A DNA stretch of 58,900 bases, filler included, from Bipalium vagum (lineage: Eukaryota), in NCBI GenBank assembly GCA_037834085.1. It is 3 parts of 3 records of this genome, joined end to end, with 100 filler letters (N's around TTAATTAATTAA, not from the genome) between each part and the next. Parts side by side here need not be neighbours in the genome. Positions count along the whole stretch, not along the records: positions 35,859 to 58,900 come from JBBMKC010213698.1; 2 more parts are not named here. One strand, given 5' to 3'. Made by a program: the position numbers and the translations under genes. Position 1 is the first letter of the stretch, and each line of letters begins with the position of its first letter. The notes under the pieces were generated by a model. It was given only the letters and a program-made list of their open reading frames with translations. It had not been told where the DNA came from and made no database searches. Positions 52,701 through 58,900 of the stretch are shown piece after piece.

Positions 52701-55700
52701 CTAATCAAATTGACGAAGACTTTATTTTGATGATTATTTTAGATATCCTATTATTACCAAAACTACTTAAATATAATTTTAAAATTAAAAGTTCTTTCGT
52801 GGTATGATTGCACTTCTTATAACGAATATTAGCTGTAATAATAATCTGTGCTTGGTATACATTCTAAAAAGTGCTAATAAATAATATTAACAAAAATTTA
52901 TTTTTTTAATTTAAAGGAGTCTACATTTCCTCTCATCCACTCAACTTAACGCTTGTATTTTTAATTTTATTGATTTTTTATACTTTAAAATCTGAAACAA
53001 TTCCCCTGGTAAATTATTTTTTAGTCAATAAATTATTGGAAAAATAGAAGGGTGAGTAATTATTTGAGTTGTTTTGTAAAAAAAGGGAAGATTAAATAAA
53101 AATGTTTATTCATATCATTCTTTGAATAAACAGGTCCATGTATCTTATATTAAATTATTGGTTAAAAAGACTTCGTTTTTGTGATTTCGAATTATAAAAT
53201 ATTTCACTAAATTGTGAATTTTGCGAAATTATTTAATCACTTTAGTTATCAAGAAACCATTTATTAAAATTCTTTGAAATCGATTCTGAATCTAAAGTAT
53301 TCCATACAGTTAGAAATCAGCTTAAAATGATTTCATTGGAAAGGACTTTAATGTTTCCTGTTCTTGTTTTTTTCACTGAAAATAATCTAATTTAAAAGTG
53401 CGAATTATAGATTTAATCGATTTAAAGTAGAAAACTCATATGCCATGACAACTTAAATCACATGACTCCCAAGGAATACCAACAAAAATATTAAGTCGGA
53501 ATCTGTTAGAATTTTTCAAGTTCTGAGTTAATCCTTACTCTTGACATCCTCCTGTCAATTTTATTTTTTTTGCAACTTCACAAAGATTTCCACTAATTCC
53601 ATACTCAATTATAATTCTTAGCTTTTTATTGTTTGTATAGGTTTTGTATTTCATGAAAATTCGATTAGTTTTATTGATGGACCCTTAATTTGATGGACCC
53701 TTAATTTTTGATTGAGGTTTTCCAGCAAAGAACGGTTCCGATTTCATATTATCCATGTTCAAAATTGATTTCCCAGACAAAAAAGTTAACAATTATCTAA
53801 TTAAATAAAAGCTAGATGGCACAAAATAGGTAGAAGATTTACAAGGTATTCCTATTTCAATTCGTTTAAATATTGCATAGATTTATTTGCATTATATAGT
53901 TTGGCGTCGTCATGGTGAAATATTACTTTTTCAATATTGATTGATGTTTGCCGCTTACCTGAGAACGACTGCAAAATGAATTAATTGATTGTAATGTCTA
54001 GATTAATGACCTTACCTTTTTCATATGAATTATTCCCCCGTAGTCCTACCAAATACACAATAGAGCTTTCTTTGGGTGTAACCGCGAATTGGAAGTAGGA
54101 TTGTTACTGACTTGGAGATATCCATTGATTTTTTCTTTAAGGGTTTTCATACATCCCCGTTTCCTATCTTCTAACACTATTATATTTGGTTCCAAAACGA
54201 CTCAGTTTTTAAAATGAAAAGTAATCATTATGACAAGCACTTTGTTTTACTCCAAATCATTTAAACTAGAATTAATGAACTACTTTAAAAAAAAGAAAAT
54301 TTCAAAAAATCTCTCTAAGAATTGAACCACCGTCACAATTTTGAAGGGTACGTTATCACACCAATCGTACTTTGATCGATAGAAATATCAGTGATTGGGA
54401 GATCTTATTAATAATAAACATAAATTTCCGTGAACCAAAAATTTCTGAAAACAATTGGTAGCCCACCAGAAGTCATATTTGAAAGAAAGATCTATAATCA
54501 GGTTTGGATCAATAACTCGTAATAAACAGAAAAAAATTAAAACATTTTAAAAATTAAAATTTGATATTTTAAAACATTAACTTTAAATGTTGATAAGGGT
54601 ATCCTTTCCATAAGGAACCCTTAAAACCGAGATGTAATCTTTTCACTCTTTCAAAAATAGATTAATAATTCTACTTTCAATGATTTATGATTTCCGCAAC
54701 ATCAATGTTCACCGAATTATCAGTCAACGACCTATTAAAACAATAATATATGACTAGTAAAAAATAATATTTGTTTTTCGTTTTAGTTGGCACAAATATT
54801 ACCCATGGAAGAAAATTTTCTCCTACTTTTCCGACGAGACAACCAGCTAGAATCCAGTGTTGATTTTATTAGGGTAACATTCTGTGAAATAATGATTCAC
54901 AAAATTTATATTATTTTAACATTTCAATTAAATGTGGAAAATTAGTTATAATTAATATTTTTAATCTGCTTAAAGAAATTTTTCAGTTTAAGCCAAATAG
55001 AAAACGTATAAATATGAAATAATTGTTTGTTTGAATTATCAAACAAATATTCTTTAAAATATATTAAATATTAAAACAATGACAACTTTAAATAAAGAAA
55101 TACATTATTGTTTCACTTTAAATAATCAAGAATCAGTATGAAGAATTAAATAAACTTTGCGCCAAAATTATCCCCCCTCCGACTTTAAAATTTATTTTAA
55201 AAACAATGATTTCAATTTTATAATTCCTATTAAGTTAACCTTGCTTAAAACAAATATACAAAAGTCAATAAAACATTTATTGATAAAACTTCCATCATTA
55301 GGATGTATGAATACCATTATTTGCAGCACAATTTCGCAATTCAGAATGTCATCCTGTCGAACAAAGGCTTGACTGTTTTAAAAGGATTTACGTTCCACTG
55401 CTTTTTCAGTTGATGTTTTAACGATTCCTGGGAGGCAGTTGAATCCCATACTCCATTTGCAATCTCCTGTAAAATACATCCCATAACTACTCTATAATGG
55501 AGAAATCCGGAAAGTGAGAAGGCCATGGAATAGTATTGATGTTTTTTTCTTTTAAATCACCTGTCAACTTTACAAACACTTTGACGTGCGCTGTCATGCT
55601 GGAGCCAGAATGATTTAAAAATGACAATGATTTCTTTGACATGCTTCTTACAATTCAAAGTCCCATCAATCATTATCAAAGGGCCTAATTGTTGAGTAGA

Positions 55701-58411
55701 CATTGGCGTCCACAATATAATTGAGCTTCCGCCAAATCGTTAGTGTTGTACGATGCAACAATCCACAAACTGTTCTGTAATTTGCCGTCTAACTTGAACT
55801 CTTCCATCCTGCATATCCGAGTAGAACATTGATTAGTCGCTAAAACTACTTTCTTCCAACTTTCGATTTAGTCGAGTCCATGAAATTTTAATAATCGGCT
55901 GAAATGATCGAAAACCTAATTGAATGGAAAGTCACTGTAAAAGAGATAGGCTTTGTAAAGCTAAGTTCTGCTGTCTATGAAACCTGTAAGATGTGAATCT
56001 AGATTGTCGAATAGAATGACAAATTGTTCTCTCCATGAGCTGAGTATGAAGACTATGTCGCTTTTGAACTTCTTTACGCTCAAGACTCCAACTTTCTTTC
56101 CACCTAGTCCATCAATATGATACAGTTTTGTGGTCTCTACACAACCTGCGTTAAACCTCTAGCTGGTGAATCCAGTTTCAAGCATATCAACAGTAGTTCC
56201 TTTTTCAAAATCGCTAAAGTCACGATGAGCAATATTAGCCATTTTATACTATATAGAAATCCACATGATTATAAAATCCATATAAAATCAATATACATTA
56301 CCTTTATATAAATTATGTCTGGAGCAATAAAAATTCAGTATAACTATCAAATAAATGATTTTAATATCGTTAACTATTTCAAAGAAATTCATCATATAGT
56401 TAAAAGCATTTAAATTAATTGAGTTATATATTACTTTGAAGATAATTAAATATTCTATAAGTAATATTTATTAGGTAATATACCATATCCTGTTCAAATC
56501 AATATTCAAGTTTTCGATATTTTCTTAGGAAATTTGTGATTATGATTTTGTTGGGTAATACAAAAAATTAAAATCAGTTTTTTATGAAAATTACCAAGTA
56601 GACAGTTTTCCTCATCTTCATTTTGTTCATGAGATTCATAAAACTGATTTTCATATTAATTCTAAACAATTATTTTCCTTTGAAAATTGTTGTGTCTTTT
56701 GATCAAAAAAAAGATCGAAGTTTTTAACCTCAACAGTTTTTCCTCTTTATATTTATAACTTTATATTCATAAAATCTCGAATTTTTTTTTATATTATGAA
56801 CTGAAAAATATTATCATTTTAATTGTGAACTTTAGGTCTGGCGTGTATTTGATAAAAATCAAAGCGGTTACATTGAAGCGAATGAATTGAAGGTTTCGTC
56901 GTTAATTCTTTTTCTACTACCTTTTCATTTACTTAACAGGACTTCTTAACACATCTTCTACGAGAGTCGAAACCACGAGAAGAAGCAACAAAAGAGAAAA
57001 TAGATGAGTATACCAGAATCATAGTAAAAAAAATGCTTAAATCTTATTTTTAATAATAATGTTTTAATTACATTTATTATTACTTTTTGATTCATTGATG
57101 ACTGGTAAAAAATGATACACAGTTTTCCAATATTAATGATACTCTAAATCACGTTTAATACATCATTGTGTACTCACTGATTTGGGGTAAACAAGTTTTT
57201 TCAGTTTTTTTGATTTTTTAATAATTATATATAATAATTCAAATTATTGTTTAGAAATATATTGGATGTTTACTAATGTTCCCCAATATTCACTCCATTT
57301 TAATCTCATGAATTAACATATCAATCACATATCTCCACAAGAACAGGGTTGATTGGTATTAATAAAGTATTGGCCCTTTCTCAGTATTATTAATACAGAC
57401 AAACTTGAAGTGCTTATACTCCCTCCTTTTACCATTCGATTTTTTGATGCATAGAATTCTAAATAAATAAATAATATCAAAGTTATTAATAATTTATGTA
57501 TATATTAGTATTAAAAAAACATTTGAAACTGAACTTTTTTATCAAACTGAACATTTTTTATCAAATCTAAACTTACTTCCTCCAATAAAAAAGTGGATTT
57601 AATAAATGACTATTGTTTACGTTATTCGATTGTTTTAAGCAATTAATTTTGTTTATTTCATTGCTAATCTTTTAAATTAAGTAACATCTTTCGGAGGATC
57701 AAAAATTTTTATTATTACTGAATTATGAAAGTTCGTTGGTCAAAATTGTTACTATTATACCTTAATAAAGTAACTTTCGCTCGCAAATCAATAAGTCATC
57801 ACTACATAATGTTGTGTTTGTTTTACTGTTGAAGCTGCACAAATTTTAACTCAATTTGAATCAAAACCCAACAATAAAACTTTATCCGTACCCTAAATTG
57901 AACCAAAACAATCACGATTAAACTTATCTTATTATCTTTACACTCGTCGCAAAATTACAATCAAAATCGTTCAACTGTCTAGAAATCAATAATAAAAATT
58001 GTTCAAATGTCTCAAAATCAAAACTGTTCAATTATCTGAAAATCAAAAACCAAACACAAACAATTCACATGACAAATTCAAAATAATATGGAAAGGTGGA
58101 ACCAGAATATGCTACGGTCGAAGACTTATGCGAGTCTTTCAATGTCAACAAAAGCTGCCAGAAAATTACGTGATCAGCTTTTTTAACGTGGTACATTTGA
58201 TAGGGAGCAAGAATCTGACATTATATTGAAAATTAAGTATATATTTATACAATTTTTCTATATTTTTATTAATTATCATTAATATCACACAATATTATTT
58301 GTAAAATCAAAATACCTATTGTGTAAAAATCAATAATTTCAATTATACCCTTTAGTTACAACTCTTTGATTATAATAAAGACGGGAGACTGCAACTAAGC
58401 GAAATGGCAAG
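43766..58411 (+). CDS. Cbp53E: Calbindin-32/calretinin/secretagogin-family hexa-EF-hand protein, 3' incomplete; exons 43766-43883, 44111-44205, 49803-49895, 54787-54873, 56836-56892, 56940-57023, 58356-58411
   Basis: All introns GT-AG and in phase. Spliced product MSSQKDFNFLSQFRDPKTKKLRNFTATQFADVWNHYDKDGNGYIEGDELD..AYDENIDGRIEIYELAQILPMEENFLLLFRRDNQLESSVDFIRVWRVFDKNQSGYIEANELKDFL..LFDYNKDGRLQLSEMA closely follows Drosophila calbindin-32. Confidence 0.93.
44590..44840 (+). mobile_element. pogo/Tigger transposase C-terminal remnant (intronic)
   Basis: Ends ..RKFRQTTIDEYFVKQ*, like the QxxIxxFF tail of pogo-family transposases. Confidence 0.35.
45430..45715 (-). mobile_element. Tc1 transposase C-terminal fragment (intronic)
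   Basis: VFPCPSISPDMSSIENVR matches WPxxSPDLNPIENVW. Confidence 0.7.
46390..46540 (+). mobile_element. Tc1/Tc3 N-terminal HTH fragment (intronic)
   Basis: LSDFGRCQIVAFHEG*ISFREIARSLGRNH*TI. Confidence 0.65.
46850..47602 (-). mobile_element. Degenerate mariner element (intronic)
   Basis: HHDTTRPHVSLMTQKKLKYLDWEFLLHPPYSPHITTSDYRLFCSLQNFL; TIR-like tatttggttgtctaaaaagtttccg at the 5' end. Confidence 0.85.
47923..48580 (+). mobile_element. Degenerate mariner fragment (intronic)
   Basis: TIR-like gggttgtgaaaaaacttcgt; MSSIWQNFEGTVLWDLVP (MLCVWWNFEGVIHFEL-like). Confidence 0.55.
48830..49039. mobile_element. Tc1/mariner-type MITE (210 bp) inserted in a (TA)n tract
   Basis: ~50-bp imperfect TIRs (ggtgtttcataaatatgtaaacgcgtttaaa / tttaaacgcgtatacatatttatgaaacacc); the terminal ~17 bp nearly match the MITE at 12420. 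Confidence 0.85.
50277..50360. mobile_element. 84-bp mini-MITE, Tc1 type
   Basis: TA flanks; TIR CAGTTATGGTCATACAATTAA / TTAATTATATGACCATAGCTG. Confidence 0.8.
50400..51700 (+). mobile_element. 5'-truncated RLE-type non-LTR retrotransposon (R2/NeSL/R4-like), pseudogenised, intronic
   Basis: LYVPSALGGFGI (RT thumb), CCHC knuckle CRLCGTVAENQAHILNHCP, KHNHV (RHN motif), KYQNLA, and GSWDLENDRIFKKLGL of the restriction-like endonuclease. Confidence 0.85.
53100..53950 (-). mobile_element. Scrambled CR1/jockey-type LINE RT remnants (intronic)
   Basis: HDDAKLY (YADDTKLY-like), EYGISGNL and VWNTL (WNxLP-like). Confidence 0.5.
55290..56243 (-). mobile_element. Near full-length degenerate Tc1 transposase (intronic)
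   Basis: MANIAHRDFSDFEKGTTVDMLETG (HTH start) to WPSHFPDFSIIE*LWD (WPxxSPDLxPIExLW). Confidence 0.75.
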
Positions 58412-58809
58412 GTACATTTAATTATTAACTTAAAATATCATTATTTAAATTATTTTATTGCTAATAACTCATTATTATTATCAATTATTATTATTTTATT
58501 TTGTAATTTTTTAAAATCTTTTTACAAATAAAGGTATTAAAAAATTAAGGGATAATAAAAATATATTGAAACTTTTAAAAATAATAAAACATTTCCTTAT
58601 AAACTAAAAATAATCAGTGACAATTAAAATCGTTAATTATAAACTTAGAATTAATAATCTAAGTGCCAGAGAATTGATAAAAATTAACAATAAGAAATAG
58701 AAATAAAGTAGTGTGATCTGTATAGTTCTGCTACCATTATACGTAGCAGTATTTAACATTTTATTTTAAGAATGCTGTTTGACATAAGCATATTTGCACT
58801 TTTATTAAT

Positions 58810-58823
58810 AAATAATAACTTCT

Positions 58824-58883
<60 letters not shown>

Positions 58884-58900
58884 TATTATTATTATTATTA
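58810..58900. repeat. (AAT)n/(ATT)n microsatellite with inverted halves
   Basis: Direct reading. Confidence 0.9.

Overview
AT-rich animal genomic DNA from a draft assembly with N gaps and artificial TTAATTAATTAA linkers. The ~45-nt minimal introns, (ATT)n microsatellites and a DYDC-like ciliary gene are compatible with a flatworm-like invertebrate, but the taxon is only inferred. The first ~9 kb hold a decayed but unusually complex Ty3/Gypsy LTR retroelement. In order it contains: a chuvirus-type (class III) fusion-glycoprotein ectodomain in frame with protease and the start of RT; RNase H and integrase; a second, unrelated type-I membrane protein (signal peptide, FN3-like motif, Thr-rich stalk, TM); and a ~550-codon orphan ORF with a splice acceptor and an NLS. 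A diverged homolog of the orphan ORF lies at ~16.7 kb. Host genes are a compact FHA-RING ligase (RNF8-like), RPL24, a Dpy-30-motif (DYDC-like) gene and the first 7 exons of a calbindin-32/calretinin-family gene that runs off the window. The rest is TE debris: mariner/Tc1, MITEs, hAT, Penelope-like, RLE-type and CR1/jockey-type LINEs, and Polinton/adintovirus-like PolB fragments. All assignments come from manual translation and motif recognition; no database searches were run.
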